A DNA stretch of 64,000 nt from Cyanophyceae cyanobacterium (GTDB taxonomy: Bacteria > Cyanobacteriota > Cyanobacteriia > Cyanobacteriales > Laspinemataceae): assembly GCA_038321985.1 (NCBI GenBank), contig JBBQFN010000011.1, positions 32,001-96,000 on the forward strand. The letters run 5' to 3'. The translations under genes were made by a program, and so were the position numbers. Below the pieces are notes generated by a model. The model did no database searches and was not told where the DNA came from. It worked only from the letters and a program-made list of their open reading frames with translations. Of the stretch, positions 38,642 through 48,880 are shown piece after piece (within the stretch, counting starts at the first letter, position 1; every line of letters starts with the position of its first letter).

Positions 38642-39316
38642 TCAAGAACTAACCACTGAGAGTTGAGTGCTGATCGCGAGTTTATCCGGTTCGACAGTTT
38701 GCAGTTCCCCATGATTGAGGGTCCAGCAGCAATCGGCGATCGCCAATAGGTCCCCCGCGTCATGGGTTACCACCAACAAACTCCAGTGCTTTTTCAACTT
38801 CGCCAACAGCTTGACTAAATTGCAGCGCATTGACCAATCTAAACCCGCTGTCGGTTCATCCAGCAATAGCAAATGAGGCTGACGAATTAATTGTACCGCC
38901 AATGCTAGTCGCCGCTGCTGTCCTCCACTGAGAGATTGCGGGGCTGTATGGAGGGACAAATCATCTAGACCCACTTCTTGTAACGCTTCATGGACCCGGT
39001 CAGATCCTAGTTCGGGATGCCCTAAGCGCAACTCTTCCAGAATCGTCCCACAACAAAAATGTCGTTCGGGAAACTGAAAAACTAAGCCCCCGAGTTGTTG
39101 TAAGTGGGCCGGGGTCAACTGTTGATCTCGCCAGAAGATCTCACCGCTCGTTTTTTCGGCCAACCCCCCCAAAATTTCTAACAAGGTGGATTTACCAGAA
39201 CCGCTTGGCCCAATAATCAACCCTAACTGTTGCGGGGCAAATTCTAGGGCAATTGATTTCAGAATCGGCGTAGGAGTCGCGGTGGGGTGGTAGGTCAGGT
39301 TTTTTAGATAGAGCAT
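38642..39316 (-). CDS. ABC transporter ATP-binding protein (ECF-like)
   Basis: GPSGSGKST, VFQFPE, LSGGQQRR, LLDEPT. Confidence 0.92.
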   Translation of the reverse strand: MLYLKNLTYHPTATPTPILKSIALEFAPQQLGLIIGPSGSGKSTLLEILGGLAEKTSGEIFWRDQQLTPAHLQQLGGLVFQFPERHFCCGTILEELRLGHPELGSDRVHEALQEVGLDDLSLHTAPQSLSGGQQRRLALAVQLIRQPHLLLLDEPTAGLDWSMRCNLVKLLAKLKKHWSLLVVTHDAGDLLAIADCCWTLNHGELQTVEPDKLAISTQLSVVSS

Positions 39317-39532
39317 TGAAACCCGTGTCAACAATAGGGGATTAAACTAGATTGCAGGGACCCCAGCGGGTTTTACTGCTTACTCTCTTTTTTATTTTGA
39401 CAAACTTATCAGCATTAAACTACTCCCCAAGGGTTTGGAACTTGCCCCTAATCAGGGCGTCAGTGACAGCGTAGCGTGGAAAGCATCCATTTTTAGCCCG
39501 GACTTCTCCTCTAACGGGATTAGGATTCTAGA

Positions 39533-40549
39533 ATGAAAATAACTGGCCTGGGTCGATGGCGACTCAATGGGAATTCAGAATTTTTGAGCATGATCAAGGC
39601 AAAACAGACGAGGCAGACTATGAACTATCGGTTTTCTATTGCGGGGCGGATGTTGGTCGCGATCGCGGGGACTGCTGCGATCGCCTTGACTTTCAATATC
39701 AGTCCGACTCTAGCTTTAGACCCCTTCCGCACCGAAAATCGCCAGGAGATCGGCGATCATACCGAAGCTGCTTTTAAAGCCCTATTTGAACAGGGCAATT
39801 ATCAAGAGGCACTGCGCAAACTCCAACAAGCGGAACAGACGGAACCCAATGAACCCTTAGTTTATGCGATGCAGGGCGCTTTGGCCTATTTAGATGAAGA
39901 CTGGGATCGCTTGAATGATTATGCCACTCGCACGCGGACTGCTGCCGAAGCCTTGTTGAGCGATAATCCCTTACGGGGCAATCTTTATCTAGCCGTGGGT
40001 CATTTTTTAGAGGGCGGTTATATTATTAGTGCCGAAGGCACTTTGCAGGGCGTTCCTAAAGCAATGGGTAAACTTCGGGAAGTGTTTAAGTATTTTGATG
40101 CGGCTGCCAAAATAGAGGCCAACGATCCCGAATTGAATCTAATTAAAGGATTCATGGATTTAATGTTGGCGGTGAATCTCCCCTTTGCCAATGCCGACGA
40201 TGCGATCGCCCGCTTAGAAAATTATGCCGCTCCTGCTTATTTAGCCTATCGCGGTATGGCCGTAGGTTATCGGGATTTAGATGATGTTGATAAAGCCTTA
40301 GTTGCAGTGAATCGGGCCATAGAACTCACCCCGAATAATCCGGAACTGTTTTATCTAAAAGGGCAAATTTTGGTCAAAAAAGGTAACGACCAGAAAAATA
40401 TGGAATTGCTGCAACAAGCAGAATCTAATTTTCAGACTGCCCTGGTTGACTCTGATGAGAAATTTCCCCAAACTTTAAGACGACAACTCCAAAGAGAGCG
40501 AGATCGCAACGTCCGCAAAATGCAAGAATTAGAAGCAGCTTCCCGATAA
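39533..40549 (+). CDS. Exported TPR protein (Sll0314/Alr1548-like); start uncertain
   Basis: Signal peptide then DPFR; PLRGNLY, DPELNLIKGFMDL; TPR at the C-terminus. Confidence 0.8.
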   Translation: MKITGLGRWRLNGNSEFLSMIKAKQTRQTMNYRFSIAGRMLVAIAGTAAIALTFNISPTLALDPFRTENRQEIGDHTEAAFKALFEQGNYQEALRKLQQAEQTEPNEPLVYAMQGALAYLDEDWDRLNDYATRTRTAAEALLSDNPLRGNLYLAVGHFLEGGYIISAEGTLQGVPKAMGKLREVFKYFDAAAKIEANDPELNLIKGFMDLMLAVNLPFANADDAIARLENYAAPAYLAYRGMAVGYRDLDDVDKALVAVNRAIELTPNNPELFYLKGQILVKKGNDQKNMELLQQAESNFQTALVDSDEKFPQTLRRQLQRERDRNVRKMQELEAASR

Positions 40550-40610
40550 CTCCTAAAACTTCTTCTTAAAACCTGCTATAGCTTTTTTTACAGGTAGGAG
40601 GTGCATTCTT

Positions 40611-40635
40611 TGGGAGTGCGAGCATCTTGCTCGCT
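40611..40635. repeat. REP-like palindrome
   Basis: TGGGAGT-GCGAGCA-TCT-TGCTCGC-T in intergenic DNA. Confidence 0.55.
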
Positions 40636-40824
40636 TGTGCGGCCTGCCCCTAATCCATGCCCCCGGCTTTACACAATCCAAAGTCCATATCCTAACCATC
40701 ATATCTGTAACTTACCGGAGGGGAAAACTCTATATTTTCACCGATGCCTAGATATGTTAATCTATAGGCGTCGGTTTTTTTTTGACCTTTAATCTCCCCT
40801 TCAAGTAGAGAACAGCAAAGAAAT

Positions 40825-41277
40825 ATGCAAGTAGAGTTTCGGGAGTTTAATCCCTTTGATCTTTGGATCTGGTTGGAGTTTAGCACCAGTCCGGGTAAGA
40901 GTGAAAAGCAGTATGTTGAAGAAGTCTTCGATTCTTGGTTTTTCCTAGGCAAACTCGGAGGATTTAATGCAGAAAATCTCCAAGTCCAGGATACCGGATT
41001 GGAGATTAGCTATATGCAGTACGATTCCCTTACCGCTGAAAAGAGCTTGATGGCGGTCATGCACAATATGGGGGGTTTTGAATATAACAGCACCTGGGCG
41101 CGGTGCTGGTTCGATCTGGGTACCAGTGATGCGATCGCCATCGATGTTCTGGTCAATGCCCTTGATCGCCTCAGTCAAGAATTTGTAGTTATCGAACGTC
41201 TGATTATCGGCGGTGAAAATTCCGATTGGCCCGTGATCGATAGCGAAAGTCGTTCTCAGTTTGCTGAGGATAATTAA
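40825..41277 (+). CDS. DUF3531 family protein
   Basis: FREFNPFDLWIW, WFFLGKLGGFN, WFDLGTSD. Confidence 0.85.
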   Translation: MQVEFREFNPFDLWIWLEFSTSPGKSEKQYVEEVFDSWFFLGKLGGFNAENLQVQDTGLEISYMQYDSLTAEKSLMAVMHNMGGFEYNSTWARCWFDLGTSDAIAIDVLVNALDRLSQEFVVIERLIIGGENSDWPVIDSESRSQFAEDN

Positions 41278-41291
41278 TTTTAATCTTTTAC

Positions 41292-41321
41292 AATTTTCCC
41301 AGAAATCTACCTGGGAAAATT
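41292..41321. terminator. Intergenic hairpin (terminator or processing site)
   Basis: AATTTTCCCAG-8 nt-CTGGGAAAATT, a perfect 11-bp stem. Confidence 0.5.
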
Positions 41322-41343
41322 AACCTTAAACCGGGATAAAACC

Positions 41344-41778
41344 ATGAATAAAAAGCCAAAAATTCGAGTTATTACCTTGGGACTCATTCAAGAGGAAGGT
41401 CGTCTCTTTTTATCGGAAGGTTATGATGTCGTCACGCAACGACACTTTTATCGACCGTTAGGAGGCGGCATCGAATTTCATGAAACCAGCCTAGATGCTT
41501 TACAGCGAGAGTTTCAAGAAGAAGTTCAAGGGGATTTAATTAATATTCACTACCTCGGTTGTCTGGAAAATATTTTTATTTATAACGGTAAACCCGGCCA
41601 CGAAATCATCCAACTCTATCGCTGTGACTTTGGCGATCGTAAATTTTCTCAACTCGACTCCCTCACCTTTTTTGAAGGAAAACGAGAAGTTACGGCTAGG
41701 TGGGTCGAGATAGACCGATTTACCTCCGGTGAACTGATGCTAGTTCCCGAGAAAATTTTAGACTTTATTCAACCTTAA
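41344..41778 (+). CDS. NUDIX hydrolase
   Basis: GGGIEFHETSLDALQREFQEE Nudix box. Confidence 0.92.
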   Translation: MNKKPKIRVITLGLIQEEGRLFLSEGYDVVTQRHFYRPLGGGIEFHETSLDALQREFQEEVQGDLINIHYLGCLENIFIYNGKPGHEIIQLYRCDFGDRKFSQLDSLTFFEGKREVTARWVEIDRFTSGELMLVPEKILDFIQP

Positions 41779-41905
41779 AAATTTATAGCGGGAGTTTAAA
41801 TCATTCTAACCCTAGAATAATTCAGGGGGAAGAATTTTCTAATTCCTCAAGATGCGTCATCCACTTAAAATAGATTAATCCAAACCCGAGTGAGGGAATT
41901 AAACC

Positions 41906-42556
41906 ATGCTACTAGAAATTAATAGAATAACGGTACCACCGGGACAGCGAGTATTGCTTAAAGATGTAAGTTGGAAGGAACTTGAAGCCATTTTACAAGA
42001 CTTGGGCGAAAATCGAGGAGCGCGAATTGCTTACGATAACGGAACCTTAGAAATCATGACGCCCCTACCAGAACACGAAACCGGGAAAGTTTTAATTAGC
42101 AACTTGGTAGAAATTCTCCTAGAAGAACTCGACATTGAATTTTGGTCCCTCGGTTCGACTACGTTTAAAAATCAAGTCATGGCACAAGGCATCGAACCGG
42201 ATAACTGTTTTTACATCAAAAATGAAGCGGCAGTTCGGGGTAAAAACCGACTAGATTTGACGGTAGATCCTCCCCCAGATTTAGCTTTAGAAATTGATGT
42301 GACCTCGCGTACCCATCCGACAATTTATCAAGGGTTAGGAGTGCCGGAATTGTGGCAGTTTGATAAAAGGATGCTCAAAATTAACCTACTACAAGAAGAT
42401 GGGACCTATAAAGAAGGTGACCGCAGTCAAATTTTCCCTAATTTTCCCTTAACTGAGGTAATTCCCGAGTATTTAGAGCGAGCAAAAAATGAAGGGAGAA
42501 ACAAAACTATGAAAGCATTTCGCGCCTGGGTTCGAGTAATTTTAACAACCTTGTAG
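41906..42556 (+). CDS. Uma2 family PD-(D/E)XK endonuclease-like protein
   Basis: GTLEIMTP..EHE, EPDNCFY, PPPDLALEID, GVPELW. Confidence 0.93.
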   Translation: MLLEINRITVPPGQRVLLKDVSWKELEAILQDLGENRGARIAYDNGTLEIMTPLPEHETGKVLISNLVEILLEELDIEFWSLGSTTFKNQVMAQGIEPDNCFYIKNEAAVRGKNRLDLTVDPPPDLALEIDVTSRTHPTIYQGLGVPELWQFDKRMLKINLLQEDGTYKEGDRSQIFPNFPLTEVIPEYLERAKNEGRNKTMKAFRAWVRVILTTL

Positions 42557-42663
42557 GGGGTGTAGCCTGTCCCTTCATTCTTATCCATCCTAAAAGCCGG
42601 TCAACACCCTGTTCACCGGCACCCCTGAGTTATTGTGGGTCAGAGTCTAAACTTCTAAATCCC

Positions 42664-42687
42664 TCTAAAATCTAAAATCTAAAATCT
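42664..42687. repeat. Short heptamer tandem repeat (TCTAAAA)x3
   Basis: Seen directly; STRR-like heptamer. Confidence 0.6.
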
Positions 42688-42695
42688 CTGATTCC

Positions 42696-43016
42696 TTATT
42701 TTTCTTCTCTATTCTCCCCTGATCCTCCCGGAGAGGCGTCATATAAAGCATCGAGGCGTTCGCGTGCATCATCCATTGTCATGGATTTCATCACCATTAA
42801 GGGTTCATTCACCACATTTCCTGACGCATCTAGCAATTCCGGGTGGGGAACCGGACGTTGATATCGCGCCGATAGGGAATTGGGAGAACCGCTGTTCCAG
42901 CGTCCTGGTGGATAGGTTCTCGATTCACTACTGAGCATGACCAAACTGCGGATCAAGTTCCCTACGGCCAGAAACGCCAAAACGGTAAAAGCAAAAATGT
43001 AAACTAAGTGCAGCAT
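42696..43016 (-). CDS. DUF2973 family protein
   Basis: N-terminal TM MLHLVYIFAF...NLIRS; HPELLD; RLDALY. Confidence 0.85.
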   Translation of the reverse strand: MLHLVYIFAFTVLAFLAVGNLIRSLVMLSSESRTYPPGRWNSGSPNSLSARYQRPVPHPELLDASGNVVNEPLMVMKSMTMDDARERLDALYDASPGGSGENREEK

Positions 43017-43172
43017 ATTGATATCCTCTAGCGCAGTCAGGTGATTAATCAGTAACTCAGGGGGCTACATCAAGAGCTTTTCTGTTCTAGTCAGTTTTTA
43101 TTCCTAAAGCCAGTCTAATGATGTAATTTAAGGGTGAAAGGGGAGCCGAGGGAACTTCAACCTAGGACGCAG

Positions 43173-43490
43173 CTAGACGGAATTTTCCATGCGAAACCGC
43201 ATCGACACTTGCCAGCATTCGGTCAGTAGTTTGTGCCACGGCATTAGCACTTCCATTTCAACGCCCACCTGACCGTCTGTGGCCCTTAGCAGCATTTGCG
43301 CCGTTGTGACCTCTTGCTGAGCGTATTGCACCCTAGCGAGTAACTCCGTTTGGCCCTCTTTCCCTAAAAAGGAGATTTCCTCATTTTCCAATAACTTGCG
43401 CGATCGGGCAAACCAATATTGAAAATCTTCTAATAACGGTTCTAGTAGGGTTTTGAGTAAGTTGGGTTCGGGAAGATTTGGATTGAGCAT
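43173..43490 (-). CDS. DUF2605 family protein
   Basis: LEPLLEDFQYWF, PWHKLLTECW. Confidence 0.85.
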   Translation of the reverse strand: MLNPNLPEPNLLKTLLEPLLEDFQYWFARSRKLLENEEISFLGKEGQTELLARVQYAQQEVTTAQMLLRATDGQVGVEMEVLMPWHKLLTECWQVSMRFRMENSV

Positions 43491-43784
43491 AATTTTAAGA
43501 TGATCGGGGTACTGAAGCTAATTTTAACTTATTTTACAAAACTTAACATTCTCGGGGGCAGTTGACAAGGGATTAGCGATCGCTTTTTAACAATTTGCGA
43601 TCGCCCTGGAATTCCCTCAACGGGCTTGACATTCGTCCTTTAATCTGCATACCTAAAAGGCAAAACTTGGGTCTATCTTAAATCCTTTTGTGGTAACAAC
43701 TTGACCCGAGCACTCCGATTGGGGAATCAACCCTTTAAAATAGAAAAGAAGGTCATACAAATCCGAGATTAAAATCCAACGCAA

Positions 43785-45611
43785 ATGGCTAACTCATCTC
43801 CGGCTGCCGAAGCACCAGCAGAAAAAATTTACTTACCCCGTACCAGCGAATCCCCGGAACTCCAAAAGATTCGTCACACTACCTCTCATGTGATGGCGAT
43901 GGCAGTCCAGAAGATTTTTCCCAAGGCCCAAGTCACGATCGGACCTTGGATCGATAATGGATTTTATTACGATTTTGACAATCCTGAGACCTTCACCGAA
44001 CAGGACCTCAAAGCCATCAAAAAAGAGATGGTCAAAATTATCAACCGGAAATTACCCGTCACTCGGGAAGAAGTCACCCGGGAAGAAGCCGAAAGACGCA
44101 TCAAAGAGATTAACGAACCGTATAAGTTAGAAATTCTCAGGGATATCAAAGAAGAACCGATTACCATCTATCACCTCGGGGAAGACTGGTGGGATTTGTG
44201 CGCTGGACCCCACGTTGAAAACACCAGCGAACTCCATCCCAAGGCGATCGAACTGGAAAGTTTAGCCGGTGCTTATTGGCGCGGAGATGCCAGCAAACAA
44301 CAGCTACAGCGCATCTATGGCACCGCCTGGGAAACCCCCGAACAACTCACCGAATACAAAAGACGCAAAGAAGAAGCCCTCAAACGAGATCACCGTAAAC
44401 TCGGTAAAGAACTGGGATTGTTTCTATTTTCCGATCCTGTAGGTCCCGGATTGCCCTTGTGGACACCTAAAGGTACTGTCTTGCGAAGCGTACTCGAAGA
44501 CTTCCTCAAACAGGAACAAGTCAAGCGCGGATATCTCGGGGTTGTAACTCCTCATATTGCCAGAATTGACCTATTTAAAACCTCGGGTCACTGGCAACAA
44601 TATAAAGAAGATATGTTCCCCATGATGGCAGAGGATGAAGAATCGGCGGCGCAAGAACGGGGTTTTGTTCTGAAACCGATGAACTGTCCTTTCCATATCC
44701 AAATTTATAAAAACGAGTTACGTTCTTATCGGGATTTACCGCTGCGTCTAGCGGAATTTGGCACCGTTTACCGCTATGAACAATCCGGGGAACTGGGGGG
44801 ACTAACCCGAGTGCGGGGCTTTACGGTGGATGATTCCCACCTGTTCGTTACTCCTGAACAACTAGATGATGAATTCCTAAGTGTGGTGGATTTAATCTTA
44901 TCGGTGTTTAATAGTCTGCACCTGAAAGATTTTAAAGCCCGATTGAGTTTCCGCGACCCAGAATCCGATAAATATATTGGGTCTGATGATGCCTGGAATA
45001 AGGCTGAAAATGCCATTCGCCGCGCTGTAGAAACCCTGGGAATGGATTCCTTTGAAGCCCCGGGAGAAGCGGCTTTTTATGGTCCAAAACTGGACTTTAT
45101 TTTCCGGGATGCCCTCGATCGCGAGTGGCAGTTAGGAACAGTTCAGGTGGATTATAACTTACCCGAACGCTTCCAATTAGAATATGTCGGGGAAGACGGT
45201 ACTCGCAAACGTCCGGTGATGATTCATCGTGCACCTTTTGGTTCCTTGGAACGGCTGATTGGGATTTTAATTGAAGAATATGCGGGGGATTTTCCGTTTT
45301 GGTTAGCGCCAATTCAAATGCGGTTATTACCTGTAAGTGATGAGTTTCTGCCCTTTGCGAAAGAGGTGGCAACTCAGATGCGAATCGAGGGAATTCGGGC
45401 CGAAGCTGATACCAGCGGAGAGCGTTTAGGTAAGCTAATTCGGAATGGAGAAAAGCAGAAAATTCCGGTGATGGCGGTTGTGGGAGCTAAAGAGGTGGAA
45501 TCGAACCAGTTAAGTATTCGCACTCGCGCGGGGGGTGAGTTAGGAACGATGGCGGTGGCAGAAGTGATTGAAAAGATGAAAGTTGCCAATCGCGATCGCA
45601 CCAATTTCTAG
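43785..45611 (+). CDS. thrS: Threonine--tRNA ligase
   Basis: RHTTSH, DLCAGPH, RDHRKLG, KPMNCP, FYGPK, IHRAPFGS. Confidence 0.99.
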   Translation: MANSSPAAEAPAEKIYLPRTSESPELQKIRHTTSHVMAMAVQKIFPKAQVTIGPWIDNGFYYDFDNPETFTEQDLKAIKKEMVKIINRKLPVTREEVTREEAERRIKEINEPYKLEILRDIKEEPITIYHLGEDWWDLCAGPHVENTSELHPKAIELESLAGAYWRGDASKQQLQRIYGTAWETPEQLTEYKRRKEEALKRDHRKLGKELGLFLFSDPVGPGLPLWTPKGTVLRSVLEDFLKQEQVKRGYLGVVTPHIARIDLFKTSGHWQQYKEDMFPMMAEDEESAAQERGFVLKPMNCPFHIQIYKNELRSYRDLPLRLAEFGTVYRYEQSGELGGLTRVRGFTVDDSHLFVTPEQLDDEFLSVVDLILSVFNSLHLKDFKARLSFRDPESDKYIGSDDAWNKAENAIRRAVETLGMDSFEAPGEAAFYGPKLDFIFRDALDREWQLGTVQVDYNLPERFQLEYVGEDGTRKRPVMIHRAPFGSLERLIGILIEEYAGDFPFWLAPIQMRLLPVSDEFLPFAKEVATQMRIEGIRAEADTSGERLGKLIRNGEKQKIPVMAVVGAKEVESNQLSIRTRAGGELGTMAVAEVIEKMKVANRDRTNF

Positions 45612-45673
45612 TTCTCCCACTCTAGCGATCGTTTCAATCATTCTGACCATTGAACCATCGGGTTGATAAGTCT

Positions 45674-45701
45674 CGCTCCCTGATTTTTAAATTAGGGAGC
45701 G
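45674..45701 (+). terminator. Hairpin after thrS
   Basis: CGCTCCCTGATTT-TT-AAATTAGGGAGCG. Confidence 0.6.
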
Positions 45702-45833
45702 TCTCTCTCCCACTCCGGTTAAGAAGGGTTTATCAAATTGGCGGTAGGGATTCAATTTAAACAATCATTAAAGGTGTAAATTAGGATTAATTAAATTAAA
45801 CCCTAAAATTTTAGTTAAATAGGGAGTAAAATC

Positions 45834-46622
45834 ATGCCTTCACCATTTCCTGGAATGGACCCGTATTTAGAAGGTCCGAATTTTTGGCCCGAGGTTCATC
45901 ACTTGTTGATGAGCCTAATTCTGGAATCATTAGTGCCCCAGTTGCGGCCTAAATATCGAGTCGCGCTCGAAAAACGGGTGTATGAAAGCAGCGGAAATGA
46001 GAGCTTATTGGTAGGAATTCCCGATGTTATCGTACAGCGTCGCCAACCGACATCGCACGGAGATTCTAATGTAGCAGTGGCAGCACCTCCGACTCAAAAA
46101 CCCCTTCCGGTGCAAGTGCCGATGATGATGGAATTTCGGGAGGCATATTTAGAAGTCCGGGAGATGGCAACGGGGGAAGTAGTGACGGCAATTGAAGTCC
46201 TTTCTCCCGCGAATAAGGGCAAGGGAAAAGGAAGGGAAATCTATGAAGAAAAGCGCAGCCGCATTTTTGGTAGTCGCACTCATTTGGTGGAAATTGACCT
46301 GTTGCGGGGCGGGGAACCGATGCCGGTTTTAGAAAACGATGTGGAGGCGCACTATCGGATTTTGGTGAGTCGAGGCGATCGCCGTCCTTATGCAGATTTA
46401 TATCTATTTAATTTACCCGATGCCATTCCGACATTTCCTCTGCCGTTACGTTCCGGGGATACAGAACCCATTGTAGATTTAAACCTATTATTAAATCATC
46501 TTTATGACCGGGCTGGCTATGATTTTGTAATTGATTATGGGAGTGAACCAGTCCCGGCTTTAGCCGAATCGGATGCAGCTTGGGCGGATGCATTGTTTAA
46601 AGAACAAGGAATTCAGGAATAA
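45834..46622 (+). CDS. DUF4058 family protein
   Basis: MPSPFPGMDPYLE, IEVLSPANK, HLVEIDLLR. Confidence 0.92.
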   Translation: MPSPFPGMDPYLEGPNFWPEVHHLLMSLILESLVPQLRPKYRVALEKRVYESSGNESLLVGIPDVIVQRRQPTSHGDSNVAVAAPPTQKPLPVQVPMMMEFREAYLEVREMATGEVVTAIEVLSPANKGKGKGREIYEEKRSRIFGSRTHLVEIDLLRGGEPMPVLENDVEAHYRILVSRGDRRPYADLYLFNLPDAIPTFPLPLRSGDTEPIVDLNLLLNHLYDRAGYDFVIDYGSEPVPALAESDAAWADALFKEQGIQE

Positions 46623-46882
46623 CCTACCTGTTTCACTCGGCGATCGCCGGACTCCTTAAGCTGAATTTAGGGTCGATAATCTCCATTTTTTTATTGACAA
46701 ATAAAAATATTTATGATAGTGACTACAAAATAAACCAACCTAACCGCTAAAATGAAGTGCGTTTGCCGGAGTTAAACTGAAAAAATTCTCTACTTTACAG
46801 TTCCTAAACTGGGCGATCGCCAGAATAAATGCGATAAAATCCTCTAGCAATGAAAAACTCATAACTACCTGGGATCTACCCA

Positions 46883-47677
46883 ATGGGGATGCAACGCTCG
46901 CTCTTTCTTCTTGGACTCTCCCTTGTCGTGACTTTGGGGGCCGTGTGGGGTTGGGTGGTAGTCGGACTCGACTCCGTAACCTGGAAATTAGCGTTATCGA
47001 TACCTACCGGACTGGTCCTATGTTGGCCGATCGCCCAACATATTGCCAACAGTTCCTTAATGTCCCTGGGGACTAGACGGGAATGCGTCATCGAATTTAC
47101 CCTGAAGTTCCTGGCTAAAATTATCATGGGGGTGAGCGCGGTAACTGGCGTGGTAGCATTGGTACTCGCCGGGATTTGGGCCATCGCTGGGCGTGGGGCT
47201 ACTGCCAAAGTAACCGCCCTGTTTGGGGTTCAATCCTTAGGGATTACCCTGATTGCTGTCTTGGTGGCGATCGCTTCTCATTATATATTCCGCTTCCTCC
47301 TCAAAAAGTTAGGTGCCGTACAAATTGATATTCTCTACTTAGCCTGGGCAGGGGGTGCGGTTTTAGCCGTGGGTGGAATCATGGCATCTCAAACCTGGAT
47401 TGGAGTCTTGGAGGATTTCCAAGTCTCCCAGAGAGTCTCCACTTCCGCCTGGATTGCTGTCTTGGGAGTGGCGTATGCGTGGCTGCAAATTCTAGCTGCC
47501 ACCCCCAACGAGAAAAAAGTAGTCGTTCCAGATGCGTTTATAACGGGTTTGGTCGTGATCGGCGGGGCTGTTTTATTTTGGGCAATGGGGAAAGCCTCCT
47601 TCCCCTTGGCGATCGGACTACTAGCTTTGGTGGGAGCTTTAATATTGGATAAAGAACATAAAACTCGGAAATTTTAG
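46883..47677 (+). CDS. Hypothetical multi-pass membrane protein
   Basis: About 8 hydrophobic segments; no recognised motif. Confidence 0.7.
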   Translation: MGMQRSLFLLGLSLVVTLGAVWGWVVVGLDSVTWKLALSIPTGLVLCWPIAQHIANSSLMSLGTRRECVIEFTLKFLAKIIMGVSAVTGVVALVLAGIWAIAGRGATAKVTALFGVQSLGITLIAVLVAIASHYIFRFLLKKLGAVQIDILYLAWAGGAVLAVGGIMASQTWIGVLEDFQVSQRVSTSAWIAVLGVAYAWLQILAATPNEKKVVVPDAFITGLVVIGGAVLFWAMGKASFPLAIGLLALVGALILDKEHKTRKF

Positions 47678-47823
47678 ATGAGTCTTTTAACAGCTTCCCT
47701 CACCGTTCGGGATGGGGCTACAACAACAAAGCCCACATCACCACGGCTAATTTAAACCCGGTGTTTAAAAAACGGATTTAGACTTTTTCTTAACTGACGA
47801 AACGTACTCCCTTAAAACCTTTG

Positions 47824-48825
47824 ATGTCTTCTACCCACTCGACTGTTACCGTTACTGTTCCGGCCACCACTGCTAACCTAGGGCCTGGTTTTGACTGTTT
47901 TGGGGCAGCATTGACCCTATACAACCACTTTAGGTTTTCTGTAGTCGCCCCGGATCCAGCCTTCCCTGATCAAAAAACGCTTCGCATTGTTGTCAAGGGG
48001 TTAGAAGCCAATCGCGTGATGGCAGATGAAAGCAATCTCGTTTATAAAGCATTTGCTAAATTCTACGCCCATCTGGGCCAATCCCCACCGCCTGTACAAA
48101 TCGAAATTGAACTGGGAGTTCCCTTGGCGCGAGGACTCGGAAGTTCAGCAACCGCGATCGCCGGTGGATTGATGGGGGCCAATCATCTCGCCGGAAAACC
48201 CCTGAGTCAACTCCAACTGGTGTATCTGGCTATTGAAATGGAAAAGCACCCAGATAACGTCGTCCCTGCATTATTAGGAGGATGCCGTCTAACCGCCTCA
48301 ATCCCGGAAGAGGTGGCAACGGAGGAACAAGGGTGGGAAATCTGCGATGTTCCCTGGCATTCCGAAATTGTGCCCGTTGTGGCGATTCCGGAGTTTGAAT
48401 TGGCAACAGCAACAGCGCGACAGGTATTGCCCACGCACTACACCCGGGCAGATGCGATATACAATACGGCACATTTGGGCTTACTTCTGCGCGGATTAGC
48501 CGCCAATAACGGCCCATGGTTGCGAGTCGCTATGAGCGATCGCCTGCATCAACCGTATCGAAAGATTTTAATTCCCGGGTATGATGCGGTCTATGCAGCG
48601 GCTGTAAATGCTGGGGCCTATGGTTTGGCAATTAGTGGGGCGGGGCCAACCCTATTGGCGTTATCCTCACCGGGGCGATCGGCAGATGTGGCGATCGCAA
48701 TGGTCGAAGCATGGCACAAAGCCGGAATTAATTCCCATGCGCAATCCTTGCAAATTGATATCCGAGGCTCCGTTAGCGTCGAAGGGAGACCTGCAGCACC
48801 GGCGGGGGTTCAAACTCCCGCCTAA
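47824..48825 (+). CDS. thrB: Homoserine kinase
   Basis: [35 protein letters not shown]. Confidence 0.97.
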   Translation: MSSTHSTVTVTVPATTANLGPGFDCFGAALTLYNHFRFSVVAPDPAFPDQKTLRIVVKGLEANRVMADESNLVYKAFAKFYAHLGQSPPPVQIEIELGVPLARGLGSSATAIAGGLMGANHLAGKPLSQLQLVYLAIEMEKHPDNVVPALLGGCRLTASIPEEVATEEQGWEICDVPWHSEIVPVVAIPEFELATATARQVLPTHYTRADAIYNTAHLGLLLRGLAANNGPWLRVAMSDRLHQPYRKILIPGYDAVYAAAVNAGAYGLAISGAGPTLLALSSPGRSADVAIAMVEAWHKAGINSHAQSLQIDIRGSVSVEGRPAAPAGVQTPA

Positions 48826-48880
48826 TCCTTCAAGGCACCGGCGAGGGTGACAACCCCTGTTGGTTCTCGCTCATTATCCC

